Numbered from the stretch's first letter, positions 6,329-15,908 are shown. The stretch is 23,893 nucleotides of DNA from Candidatus Nanohaloarchaea archaeon (GCA_041640035.1 JBEQBC010000010.1:1-23893), one strand, 5' to 3'. Translations and numbers: made by a program. Notes: a model not told the origin generated them from the letters alone.

Positions 6329-7300
6329 TTATTCTCCTCCGATATCTTCAAAGATTTCCTCGATTTTCTTCTCAGCAACAGGCCCCATAGTATCCGTGAA
6401 CTTCTCTATCAACACTTTCTTCACTTCTTCAGGATCTTCGCCTGAAGCTGCGCCCTCAGCTGTATCTTCTTTTTCGAAAGCCTGGTTGAGTGCTTTCTTG
6501 GCCATCCTTTCAGCCAATTTCTTACCCATGATAGCTCCAAGATTCTCCACAGTCTCCGAAACAAGTCTCTGACTGGTATCCAAGCTATCCTCCTGGTCAT
6601 TTTCTGTATCCTCTTCATCAGTGCCTGTAGTCTGTACATCTCTGAATACTCCGTGGTAGAAAAGGTAAACGCTGTAACCCAGCATCAAAGTCCCTGAGAG
6701 CTCTATCGCTGGAGAGGAAACCAGTACATTGTGGACAATCCCGGTTTCCAGTGTCGGGATGTTCAGGCTGTGAATAAATTTGAATGCGTAAGAGGTCAGG
6801 TAAAGTATTGTTGCCGCTGTGAAAGAGTAGAATATTGATTCCTCTCCCTCAGTGGTTGCGCTCTGGAAAAGTATTACAGCAGGCTTCACGGCCAGGAAAC
6901 CAACCAGGTATAGAAGACTGGTGTAGTTGATAGCGTTGGAGATACCTGCTATCATCAGGAAAGCGAAGAGGAATGCCTCGTAAAACAGTATCTTAGACTT
7001 GAAACGCATCTTTACATCGTACTTCTCAACAAACCGTTCTGCTGAAAGCACGAAAAGTAGTCCTATCATCGGAGTTGAAAGCGCGTCAACAGCAAGAGAA
7101 AAAGTTTCCATCAGGTTGAATATGGAGGTTAAACCTATTACTCCTGCCAGAGCAGTTATCAGATTCCAGTTCAGGGATTCTACAGATTTGCTTATCCTGT
7201 AGGAGCTGTAAATTACAAGAAGCGTCACTAAGATTTCGAGAAAACTGAAAGCTATCTGCTCCTTCAAAACTGGTTCGACCCTTACACAATCACTGATCAC
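6329..7300 (-). CDS. About 7-TM membrane protein with acidic linker and small C-terminal helical domain
   Basis: Seven hydrophobic segments, a D/E-rich linker and a C-terminal domain with IMGKKLA / TMGPVAEK pseudo-repeat. GTG start. Confidence 0.75.
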   Translation of the reverse strand: MISDCVRVEPVLKEQIAFSFLEILVTLLVIYSSYRISKSVESLNWNLITALAGVIGLTSIFNLMETFSLAVDALSTPMIGLLFVLSAERFVEKYDVKMRFKSKILFYEAFLFAFLMIAGISNAINYTSLLYLVGFLAVKPAVILFQSATTEGEESIFYSFTAATILYLTSYAFKFIHSLNIPTLETGIVHNVLVSSPAIELSGTLMLGYSVYLFYHGVFRDVQTTGTDEEDTENDQEDSLDTSQRLVSETVENLGAIMGKKLAERMAKKALNQAFEKEDTAEGAASGEDPEEVKKVLIEKFTDTMGPVAEKKIEEIFEDIGGE

Positions 7301-7382
7301 TCCTCCATATTATTGTTTTCGCATAGAGGGTTGACATTTGATGGAAACTGTTTTGACATTTAACCACGCAAACTTTCACAGG

Positions 7383-8393
7383 ATGACCGAGCCAGGCAAC
7401 CAGATAATCGAAGATGCTCGAGTACTGACCGCGGACTACCTCCCGAACAACATGGTTCACAGAGATAGTGAGAGGCAGGAAATTGCTAGGAACCTGAAAC
7501 CGGTTCTACAGGAAGGACAACCGCTGAACATGCTTGTACATGGACCCCCGGGAACAGGGAAAACAGCTATGGCTCAGCATGTGGTAGAGGAGCTGAAGAA
7601 ACAGCAGTTCGTCAAGACACCGTATGTGAACTGTTTCAGTCAGAAAAGCAGGTTCGAAATATTCTACAAACTACTCAACAAGAGAGCTACAGTACCGCGT
7701 GACGGCACGAGCACAGAGAAAGTCATAGACATGTTTGAAGACGAGGCTAGAGAGAATCCTACTGTGATCACAATCGATGAAGTAGATCAGATAGCAGACG
7801 ATGACGCACTGTTCCAGATATCCCGTTTCCAGAAAGCAGGGCTGATACTTATAGCGAACAATCCGAACGCCTTGGCTAACTTTGATGAACGAGTTAGAAG
7901 TAGGCTTTCCGGACTAAAAAAGGTTCGTTTCCGTAGATACGATAAGGATGAACTATTTGATATTCTTAAGCAGCGGAGGAAGTATGGGATGTACCCTGAC
8001 TCGGTATCGGATGACAAACTGCATTCAATAGCAGCCGCTTCTAACGGAGATGCGAGGATGGCGTTGAACAGTCTGCGTATAGCAGCTCAGGATGCTGAGA
8101 ACCGTGGCCTGGATAAGATCACTGAGGATATAGTTGAACAGAGTATAGATGACTCGCAGGACAGGGACAGGATTGAGTCCTTGGAACGGTTGAACCGTCA
8201 TCAGAAAGAGGTTTACAGTATTTTACAGGAGGAGGACGGGCTTCAGATGAGCGATCTGTACAGCAGGTACAGCTCCAGCGTTGAGGACCAGAAGACCAAG
8301 AGAACTCTGCGCCGCTACCTGAACAAGATGGAAGCGTACGAACTGATCTCTTCTGAAGGAAGCAAGAGCGGTAAGACCTACAGGCTTGAGTAA
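7383..8393 (+). CDS. cdc6: Cdc6/Orc1 family replication initiator AAA+ ATPase
   Basis: IEDARVL..YLP...HRD N-terminus, Walker A GPPGTGKT, Walker B ITIDEVD, RVRSRL, GDAR and a C-terminal winged helix. ATG at 7383 is preferred over TTG at 7338. Confidence 0.93.
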   Translation: MTEPGNQIIEDARVLTADYLPNNMVHRDSERQEIARNLKPVLQEGQPLNMLVHGPPGTGKTAMAQHVVEELKKQQFVKTPYVNCFSQKSRFEIFYKLLNKRATVPRDGTSTEKVIDMFEDEARENPTVITIDEVDQIADDDALFQISRFQKAGLILIANNPNALANFDERVRSRLSGLKKVRFRRYDKDELFDILKQRRKYGMYPDSVSDDKLHSIAAASNGDARMALNSLRIAAQDAENRGLDKITEDIVEQSIDDSQDRDRIESLERLNRHQKEVYSILQEEDGLQMSDLYSRYSSSVEDQKTKRTLRRYLNKMEAYELISSEGSKSGKTYRLE

Positions 8394-8442
8394 ACGATTT
8401 GAGAACGGTTTTAACATTTCATAACTAAACCTGTAACTGTCC

Positions 8443-8871
8443 ATGAAGGAAAGATACGCCGATCATTTTCTGGATATGATTCAGGACGACCGGCTGAAAT
8501 ATGAAACATTCAAGGATAATATTAGCACGGTTCCAGACGCTTTTCAGGAATCGGTTTCCCGTGAAATGGATCTTAACCAGTTAACTGAGATGATAAATAA
8601 TCTCGATCAGCCTGACTACCGTGTAGATCAGGCAGAGGTGGAGATAACCGCTGATACCTATGATTCTCTTGGTATAATTGAATCAGACAGGCGAACGCTG
8701 TCGGGTACGAAGCTTTACCGAGCTCCGAACTACAACGGCAGAGGTGCCAGCACTTCATGGAACGAGATAGTAACTGAACTGAGTGAAGCAGCCTTGGAAG
8801 CTGAAAAACAGATGATGAGAATAGAGAAAAGAGAAAGAGCGGACCAGACTGAGATCCAGGACTTCCACTAA
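8443..8871 (+). CDS. Hypothetical protein
   Basis: 142-aa acidic ORF with ATG start, convergent with the SDR gene (4-nt overlap). Confidence 0.65.
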   Translation: MKERYADHFLDMIQDDRLKYETFKDNISTVPDAFQESVSREMDLNQLTEMINNLDQPDYRVDQAEVEITADTYDSLGIIESDRRTLSGTKLYRAPNYNGRGASTSWNEIVTELSEAALEAEKQMMRIEKRERADQTEIQDFH

Positions 8872-9593
8872 TGGCTGGTCCAGCCACCGTCGACAGGAAT
8901 GTTCGCACCTGTGATGTAGGATGCTTCGTCTGATGCCAGGAAAGCAGCTACCGATGAGATCTCTTCAGGCTCGGCCATCCTCTCCAGCGGAGTCATGTTT
9001 TCTATATGTGCCTGGAATTCCTCTCCCAATCCTTCTGTCATAGGTGTCTCAACGAATCCAGGGCAGATGCTGTTTACTCTTACATTATGTTCAGCTAGGT
9101 CGTTAGCGACGCTTCTCGTCATGTTGACAACTCCTCCTTTCGCTATATTGTATGCTGTTGATCCTTTATCTCCGACCAGGCCGTAGATTGAGGCCATGTT
9201 GATTATGACTCCTTCAGTCTCTTTCAGATGCGGTGCTGCTGCCTTGCATCCGTAGGTGACGCCGTCAAGGTTGATACTTCTGATCTGTTTGTAATCTTCT
9301 ACATCCATGTCTTCTATTCCCTCAACAGCTCCGATACCGGCGTTGTTAACTATTATATCTAGTTTTCCGTGTCTTTCAACGGTTTCCTCAACCAGGTTTT
9401 CTACCTCTTCCCATTCTGAGACATCGCACTGTATGAAGTCGGAGTCTGTTTCCTCCGCGACTTCCTGTCCTTTCTCTTCATCTACATCGGCGACTACGAC
9501 TTCTGCGCCTTCCCATGCGTATCTTTCTACTATAGCTTTTCCGATTCCGCTTGAACCACCTGTTACGATTGCAACTTTTCCTTCGAGATCCAT
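8868..9593 (-). CDS. Short-chain dehydrogenase/reductase (classical SDR, probably NAD-preferring)
   Basis: TGGSSGIG, acidic ADVD at the end of beta2, NNAG, catalytic S...YNIAK, and VDGG. Confidence 0.95.
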   Translation of the reverse strand: MDLEGKVAIVTGGSSGIGKAIVERYAWEGAEVVVADVDEEKGQEVAEETDSDFIQCDVSEWEEVENLVEETVERHGKLDIIVNNAGIGAVEGIEDMDVEDYKQIRSINLDGVTYGCKAAAPHLKETEGVIINMASIYGLVGDKGSTAYNIAKGGVVNMTRSVANDLAEHNVRVNSICPGFVETPMTEGLGEEFQAHIENMTPLERMAEPEEISSVAAFLASDEASYITGANIPVDGGWTSH

Positions 9594-9732
9594 AGAGTGT
9601 TATTCACCTTCGAACTATGTAAAATTTACAGGTTTCACTGAATAAAAACCGGGCTGGTACAAAACTCCAAAAACCGGTGCTTTGTAGTCAAGGGGTAAAG
9701 TTAGTTAAGCATGAAACCAGCAAACTTTGATA

Positions 9733-10761
9733 GTGAGGATTGTACATACAGCGGATGTCCATCTTTCTCAGGACCATCCTGAAAGACTGGAAGCACTGAA
9801 ACAGATACTGAAGACATGTGAAGACGAAGATGTAGACATACTTCTAATCGCTGGAGATCTCTTCGACGACAATGTAGATGTAGAAACACTGAAAACAGAT
9901 CTAAGACCATTATTCAAAGACAACAGCTTCCAAACCTATGTGATACCAGGAAACCACGACAACACAGCTTTCAGAAAAGAAGACTACTTCGGGGAAGACA
10001 TACAGATACTGACAGAAAGCCCTTACGAAATCAAAGAGTTCGATGACCTCCGCCTGATCGCCTTACCCTACACAGAGAAAAACTTCTCCGAAATCATGGA
10101 CGAACTACCGGAACCAGGTACAAAGACAGACATCATGATGATGCACTGCACACTCTCAGGAACCACAGGAGGATTCGGAGAAGAAGAAAAATACATGCCA
10201 GTCAAACCAGCACAGATAATCCAGACCGGCTACGACTACATACTAGCAGGACACATACACTCCTCAGCAACCAGAAAAACATTCGGAGACACCACATTCG
10301 CATACTCAGGCTCACCAGTATCAATATCAAGCAGCGAAACAGGAAGAAGAGCAGTATGGATACTCGATACCGAAAAAGAGGAAATGAAAGCCCAGCAACT
10401 AGACACAGAGTACTTTATACAACGCAGAATCGAACTCATGCCAGGAAATGAAGACGAAGAACGGGACACCCTTATATCGAATTTGAGTGATAGAGAGCTG
10501 GACAAAGCAAACATCCAGATCGAGCTCGCCGGTTTCACAGAAAAAGAACTGGAACAAATTAAAGAAGATTTCAGAGATGAAATAAAAGATCTAGAGCCTC
10601 TTTCACTGGATATAGGTTCAGATCAGCTCCAGTCCGCAGCATCAATAGTAAAAACCGATATCTACAGTGAATTCGAAGACAAGCTAGAGGAAAAAGAGTT
10701 TGAAAACCCGGAAGCCGTGAAAAGAAAGTTTTTGAGAGGTCTCTCAAGATATGAGCGATAA
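9733..10761 (+). CDS. Mre11/SbcD/YhaO-like metallophosphoesterase DNA nuclease
   Basis: HTADVH, AGDLFD, PGNHD, MHC, AGHIH and YSGSP motifs. GTG at 9733 is the likely start (track gives TTG 9727). Overlaps the next gene. Confidence 0.92.
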   Translation: MRIVHTADVHLSQDHPERLEALKQILKTCEDEDVDILLIAGDLFDDNVDVETLKTDLRPLFKDNSFQTYVIPGNHDNTAFRKEDYFGEDIQILTESPYEIKEFDDLRLIALPYTEKNFSEIMDELPEPGTKTDIMMMHCTLSGTTGGFGEEEKYMPVKPAQIIQTGYDYILAGHIHSSATRKTFGDTTFAYSGSPVSISSSETGRRAVWILDTEKEEMKAQQLDTEYFIQRRIELMPGNEDEERDTLISNLSDRELDKANIQIELAGFTEKELEQIKEDFRDEIKDLEPLSLDIGSDQLQSAASIVKTDIYSEFEDKLEEKEFENPEAVKRKFLRGLSRYER

Positions 10762-12724
10762 CACATGGATTAAAAGAATCAAAGTAGATCACTACGGCCC
10801 ATTGGGAGACATAGATGTAGAACTTGATGAGGGAATGAATGTATTCTACGGAAAAAACGAGTCAGGGAAAACTCTGCTTGTCGAAGCGGTTACCAAGATG
10901 CTTCTGGACGACAGCTCTTCCTTCGCAGATATCGGCCGTGTATCTCAGGATCCTGCCGGGATGCTTCTGATGGAAACAGGTGGAGAGGAACTTGAGGTCT
11001 CTCAGGAAGACTTGAATACAGTTTTCCAAGATGTTACTGCCAGCGATGTAAGAAACTCATTCCTGATCAGAGACTTCGATCTGAGGCTGCCGGAAAGACA
11101 GAACGACTTCGGTAAAGGAAACTACTTCAACGATGTAACCGACAGAGTCCTCGGATCCAAAACCAACAAGATCCAGGGTGTTAGAGAGGAGATAGCGGAC
11201 TTCAGCTACCTCACAAACAGCACACCAAGCTCCAAGATCGAGAACCGGAAATCAACAGGCCATCTCAGAAAGAAAAAAGAAGAAGCAGAAGGACTGAAAG
11301 ATGAGATCGAAGAAGCAATCGCCGAGATACGGGAAGAAGGCTTGGTTGAAAAGTACTCCGAGATCGAAACACTTCAGAAACAGGTAGAGAAAGATAAAAA
11401 CCGGATCGAGACACTGGAAAACGCCAGAAAACAGCAGAAATACCAACAAGGCAAGGAAATTATATCAAAGGTCCGTGAGATAGAGGACGACCTGGAAGAA
11501 CTGAGAGAGGAAGAAGAGAAGCTTGATCAGGCCCGTGAACTGAAGCAGAGAGCAGAATCATTTGAACCCGTCAAGATCTCAGGATACAGCTTCTTCCGGA
11601 AAGCATCGATTGCAACCACAGTGACCACATTAATCGGTCTGGTAGCAACGATAATCACAAGCAACCCAATACCAGCAGCGGTAGCAGGACTCGCTTTCCT
11701 AGTCTCCATTTACACAGGTTACAGGTACTTCAAAACCAGGAAAGAGATGGAAGAATCCGATATGAAGAAAGAAAAGATACTTGAACAGGCAGAAGCCAAA
11801 GGACTGGAAGCAGAGAACCTTGCCGATGTAACAGAGGAATTTAAGGACTGGAGAGAAAGCATAGATAGCCGGAAGAACGAACTGAAAGAGGAACGAGGAG
11901 AACTAGCCGGTACCTTCCGTGCAGAGTTCAACACGGATGCAGAGGATCTGGAGAAATGGAAGAAAATCCTGGATGAATTCTCGGAAAGCTTTGAAACAGT
12001 GGAAGAGGATTACAGCGAGGGAGATATCGAAGAACTGGAAGCAGATTTGAATGAGAATCAGGATGAGCTTGAGCAGCTTGAAGACGATATCAGCAGGTTC
12101 GATAGCCGTTTCAACGACTTTGATTCTCGGCTCTCTACAGTGCTCAGACTAGAGTTCCTTGAGGACGAACCGGTAAGTGTAGAGGTTTTCGAGGACCTAG
12201 AAGAAGCAGAAAGACAGCTTCAGGAGTTCCTAGATAACATTGAGGAGATGAAGAAGAGTTCACATGAAGCCTTGGAGATACTGGTCGAGATGGAGGAAGA
12301 AGAGGAGGACGAGTTCAACAGGATTTTCAGTGACGGAAGCTACGCTGTAGAGATGTTCAAGGAAGCTACAGACGGTAACTATACCGATATAAATTACGAT
12401 AAGGATGAGAGAGTTCTGAAAGTGGAGAGAAGCGATGGAACTGTTCTTACACCTGATCAACTCAGTCAGGGGACATATGACCTGCTGTACATGGCGGTAA
12501 GGCTGAAACTGGCCAGAGAGATACTTGGAGAACCAGGTTTCCTTATACTGGATACCGCTTTCGTGCATTCAGATATTGACAGGGTTCAGAAAGAGCTTGA
12601 GTTCCTGCAGAAACTGGAGGATGACGGCTGGCAGATAATCTACTTCACCTTTAGGGACGATGTAAAGGAACAGCTAGAGGAATTAACAACTGTAAGAGAG
12701 CTTGAAGATCTCGAGTTCGAGTAA
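10751..12724 (+). CDS. Rad50/SbcC/YhaN-like SMC-type ABC ATPase with central transmembrane hairpin
   Basis: Walker A GKNESGKT, long coiled coils, signature LSQGT, Walker B region LILDTAFVHSD and YFTFR. Two hydrophobic helices at about aa 285-327; no CxxC zinc hook. Confidence 0.9.
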   Translation: MSDNTWIKRIKVDHYGPLGDIDVELDEGMNVFYGKNESGKTLLVEAVTKMLLDDSSSFADIGRVSQDPAGMLLMETGGEELEVSQEDLNTVFQDVTASDVRNSFLIRDFDLRLPERQNDFGKGNYFNDVTDRVLGSKTNKIQGVREEIADFSYLTNSTPSSKIENRKSTGHLRKKKEEAEGLKDEIEEAIAEIREEGLVEKYSEIETLQKQVEKDKNRIETLENARKQQKYQQGKEIISKVREIEDDLEELREEEEKLDQARELKQRAESFEPVKISGYSFFRKASIATTVTTLIGLVATIITSNPIPAAVAGLAFLVSIYTGYRYFKTRKEMEESDMKKEKILEQAEAKGLEAENLADVTEEFKDWRESIDSRKNELKEERGELAGTFRAEFNTDAEDLEKWKKILDEFSESFETVEEDYSEGDIEELEADLNENQDELEQLEDDISRFDSRFNDFDSRLSTVLRLEFLEDEPVSVEVFEDLEEAERQLQEFLDNIEEMKKSSHEALEILVEMEEEEEDEFNRIFSDGSYAVEMFKEATDGNYTDINYDKDERVLKVERSDGTVLTPDQLSQGTYDLLYMAVRLKLAREILGEPGFLILDTAFVHSDIDRVQKELEFLQKLEDDGWQIIYFTFRDDVKEQLEELTTVRELEDLEFE

Positions 12725-12752
12725 AAAATAATTTGGAAGATGAGAGGAAAGC

Positions 12753-13007
12753 CTATTCCTCTTCATCATCTTCTTCCATAAAATGCTGGCACGCCTTATG
12801 GCTGAAACGCTTGAAATAACCGAACGAAACCGTAAAGGAAATCGCTGAAGCAGCTACAAGCGTACCTGCGACCAGGTAAGCCATGAAAGTAGTAACCGGA
12901 CCACACTGGCAGTAACTGTAAGACATGAGAGCTACAAGAGACTTGTAGGCCTCCATACCTACCAGAAACATGATCCCAGATACTACAATATCCTTCTCCT
13001 TGCTCAT
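12753..13007 (-). CDS. Small hypothetical membrane protein
   Basis: 84 aa with two hydrophobic stretches, a CQC loop motif and an acidic tail. GGAG upstream. Confidence 0.6.
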   Translation of the reverse strand: MSKEKDIVVSGIMFLVGMEAYKSLVALMSYSYCQCGPVTTFMAYLVAGTLVAASAISFTVSFGYFKRFSHKACQHFMEEDDEEE

Positions 13008-13080
13008 AACCCTGAATTATAGCTCCTCCTTATTATAACATCAAGATAACTTCGCAGTAATTGAAATCAGAAAAAAGGAG

Positions 13081-13797
13081 TTATTCGAACTCGTCGTCTT
13101 CAGGTTCAAGCATATCCTCTCTGAGCTCTTGCTCTTCTTCAGGGGTCAAAGGTTCTTCCTCCATTTCAACCTCACCTGTCTGAGGGTTCACTCTGCCTGC
13201 TCCGACAATGACTTTAGGCTGTCTGACCTCTACATCTTCGTCGTCATCGTACTCGAAAGCCATCTCCTGGAACTCTGCGTCATCAACCAGGTTCAGTTCG
13301 TAGTCTTCCTCTGCTACAGCTCCAAAGTCGTAACTCCGACCTACTTTTGACTTCACTGCTCTTCTGACAACTCCTTCAACAGCTTGTTTTGCTCCGTTAG
13401 TAATGGATTCAGCGAACATCGCGGTGCTGAACATAGAACCGAAGACCCAGAAAGGTTCTCCTCCTGATTCTATCGCCATGTATCCTGTTCCGGCTGGTAA
13501 GGCTGTGAGTCCGGCGGTGTACGCTGCGGCTTTACCCGCATCTTTCAAACCGTTGTTCATGTGTTCTGCAGATCTGTCTGCTTCTGGAATCCTTGATTCT
13601 CTTATGTTGAGCTCTCTTTCATTGTGATCTACGATTGTTCCTTCTCCCAGTAGGTTGACGGCCTCGAACTTACCGTAGTCCTCAGCGACATCTTTCTGTG
13701 TATAGTCTCCTTCTTCGATACTTTCCACGATACCGTCGTATACCTCTAGGTCATCCATATCGTAGGCTGCTCCGCCGTTCATCACACCAGGTCTCAT
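13081..13797 (-). CDS. Hypothetical acidic protein with central hydrophobic hairpin
   Basis: 238 aa with SD GGTGA upstream of the ATG and Gly/Ala-rich hydrophobic segments mid-protein. Confidence 0.75.
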   Translation of the reverse strand: MRPGVMNGGAAYDMDDLEVYDGIVESIEEGDYTQKDVAEDYGKFEAVNLLGEGTIVDHNERELNIRESRIPEADRSAEHMNNGLKDAGKAAAYTAGLTALPAGTGYMAIESGGEPFWVFGSMFSTAMFAESITNGAKQAVEGVVRRAVKSKVGRSYDFGAVAEEDYELNLVDDAEFQEMAFEYDDDEDVEVRQPKVIVGAGRVNPQTGEVEMEEEPLTPEEEQELREDMLEPEDDEFE

Positions 13798-13885
13798 GTG
13801 TTCACCTTTGAATCCTAAAAATTATATTTGGTGGTGGTGGTCAACTGGGAAGTTCTTATGAAACTCCCTCGCTAACACTGTAAAC

Positions 13886-14554
13886 ATGGGAGTTATCGAC
13901 ACTTTGAAGAGCAGCTTCATATCTGGCCTGGTTCTGGCTTTACCTGTACTGATAACTCTCTTCATAGTAAGAACAATATCCGGATGGGCATTCAAAGTAG
14001 TTAATCCGATAGTCCAGGGAACCAACCTAGTAAAGTACACAGGAAATATAGAGATAATAGCACAATTGCTGGCACTTATAACTGCTGTTGCATTCCTGAC
14101 ACTACTCGGTTATCTTTCCAACTACCAGTTAAGCAACCAGATAAGAAGCACAGCAGCCAAGATGGTAAAGGAAATTCCTTTGTTTGGATCCGTATATGTA
14201 ACGGTCAAGCAGATAACCTCCACATTCCAGGACGGAGGCGACAAGTTCGAGAAAACAGTACTAGTAGAATTTCCACGAAACGAGGTCTACTCGCTTGGAT
14301 TGATAACATCTGAATCACCTAAATCGGTTGAAGAAGCCGTAGCGGACGGAGAGGAAATGAAATCAGTGTTCGTACCGATGAGCCCTAACCCTACGATGGG
14401 AAGACTGATAATGGTAGAACCAGAGAACTACACCGAATTAGATATGTCCGTACAGCGCGCAATGAAACTCCTGCTCACAACAGGAATCGCCTACAGCGAA
14501 GAAGAACTACCTGACGAAATAATAGACGCTGCAAAAACCAAGTACGGCACATAA
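13886..14554 (+). CDS. DUF502 family membrane protein
   Basis: FISGL..LP..IT, IPLFGSVY..VKQI, VLVEFPR and VFVPMSPNPTMG motifs. Confidence 0.92.
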   Translation: MGVIDTLKSSFISGLVLALPVLITLFIVRTISGWAFKVVNPIVQGTNLVKYTGNIEIIAQLLALITAVAFLTLLGYLSNYQLSNQIRSTAAKMVKEIPLFGSVYVTVKQITSTFQDGGDKFEKTVLVEFPRNEVYSLGLITSESPKSVEEAVADGEEMKSVFVPMSPNPTMGRLIMVEPENYTELDMSVQRAMKLLLTTGIAYSEEELPDEIIDAAKTKYGT

Positions 14555-14622
14555 AAACACTGTAACAAGGTAACACCAGCGTCACTTTTCCTAATTTAAT
14601 ACCTTCCAACTATTTCTTCCAT

Positions 14623-15279
14623 ATGACACAAACGAAGCAAGACTTCCAGGACGAAGTCGAGGTCGACGAAAAATACAAAGAAAAACCATCCGAAGAAGAA
14701 CTCCAGCAAACAGTAGAGAACCTTGAAGAAAGCGGATTCGTAGTCAAGGTTGTAGGAACCGCTGATGAAGCGCTTGAAGAGATCAAAGACGAGATAAACG
14801 ATGGTAGCTCCGTGATGAACGGTCACTCCACAACATTAGAACAGATCGGTTTCACGGAGTACCTTAACGAAGGAGAGCACGACTGGGAGAACCTTCCAGG
14901 AAAGATTTGGTCCATCGACGACGATGAGAAAAGAAATGAGGAGAGAAGAAAGGCAACAACAGCTGATTACTTCCTCGGCAGCGTAAACGGCATCGCCAGA
15001 GAGGACGGCTCACTCGTAGCAGCAGATCTCTCAGGAAGCCGAGTAGGAGGATATCCATTCGCGGCAGGAAATGTAATCATCGTATCAGGAACCAACAAAG
15101 TCCAGAAAGATGTAGATGAAGCCCGTGACCGACTCTGGGAGTACGCGTATGAATTCGAGAACCAGAGAGCACAGGAAGAGTACGGAATCGAGAGCGCATG
15201 CGCCAAAGAATTCCTCTACCACATGGAAAGCGAAGAAAGAACCACCGTAATCCTGGTAAAAGAAGATCTAGGATTTTAA
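14623..15279 (+). CDS. LUD-domain (lactate utilization LutC-like / DUF162) protein
   Basis: GHSTTLEQIG, ADYFLGSVN, DLSGSRV, IIVSGTNK and C-terminal VILVKEDLGF. Confidence 0.88.
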   Translation: MTQTKQDFQDEVEVDEKYKEKPSEEELQQTVENLEESGFVVKVVGTADEALEEIKDEINDGSSVMNGHSTTLEQIGFTEYLNEGEHDWENLPGKIWSIDDDEKRNEERRKATTADYFLGSVNGIAREDGSLVAADLSGSRVGGYPFAAGNVIIVSGTNKVQKDVDEARDRLWEYAYEFENQRAQEEYGIESACAKEFLYHMESEERTTVILVKEDLGF

Positions 15280-15283
15280 ATCC

Positions 15284-15868
15284 TTATCTTTCTCTTTTCT
15301 CTGCGTACTTCGCCATTATATCGGCTTCCAGGTTCACTTTTTCACCAATCTCTTTCTCTGATAGATTTGTGGCATTCCAGGTCTCGGGAATAATCGTGAC
15401 TGTGAAGCTTTCCTCATCTATTTCGGCTACTGTCAGGCTGATACCTTCTACTGCGATGAACCCTTTCTGAACGATGTATTGATTGATCTCTTCAGGTATT
15501 GAAAATCTTATGTTCCAGCCTTCTTCCAATTCTTCGATCTCCAGTACCTCTGCTGTTGTATCTACATGTCCCTGGACATAATGTCCGCCCATCTTGTCGG
15601 TCGGTGTAAGTGAGTCCTCGATATTCAGTTTATCTCCTTCAACTAGTTCGCTGAACCAAGTCTTCTCGATTGTTTCCTTGGCTAGGAAGAATATAACGCC
15701 GTTATCCTTGAATTCTTCAATGGTCAGACAAGCTCCGGATACCGAGATACTAGCTCCGACCTCGTTATCATCAAAAACTTCATGGTTGTCTAAAAGTACT
15801 CTGCGGCCTTCTCCAGCCTCTTCTATATTTTTGACTTCTACGGTATCCTCGACCAGTCCTGTAAACAT
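15284..15868 (-). CDS. ribE: Riboflavin synthase (bacterial/alpha-chain type)
   Basis: N-terminal MFTG, GASISVSGACLT, GGHYVQGHVD, GFIAVEGISLTV, IPET and VNLEAD. Confidence 0.95.
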   Translation of the reverse strand: MFTGLVEDTVEVKNIEEAGEGRRVLLDNHEVFDDNEVGASISVSGACLTIEEFKDNGVIFFLAKETIEKTWFSELVEGDKLNIEDSLTPTDKMGGHYVQGHVDTTAEVLEIEELEEGWNIRFSIPEEINQYIVQKGFIAVEGISLTVAEIDEESFTVTIIPETWNATNLSEKEIGEKVNLEADIMAKYAEKRER

Positions 15869-15908
15869 ACTCTAGAATAATGTTTGACACAGTTATAAAC
15901 CGGGATAA

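Noticed and set aside
6329-7300. Microbial rhodopsin (7TM)
   Set aside because: There is no retinal-binding Lys motif (DxxxK) in helix 7 and no RYxDW-like motif in helix 3.
7301-7382. Replication origin adjacent to cdc6
   Set aside because: The intergenic region is only about 80 nt, with no full ORB/G-string pairs and no extended AT-rich unwinding element.
9618-9678. Short palindrome TGTAAA-A-TTTACA and duplicated AAAAACCGG in the SDR/nuclease intergenic region
   Set aside because: These are short and AT-rich, and are plausibly promoter elements or chance. Support is insufficient.
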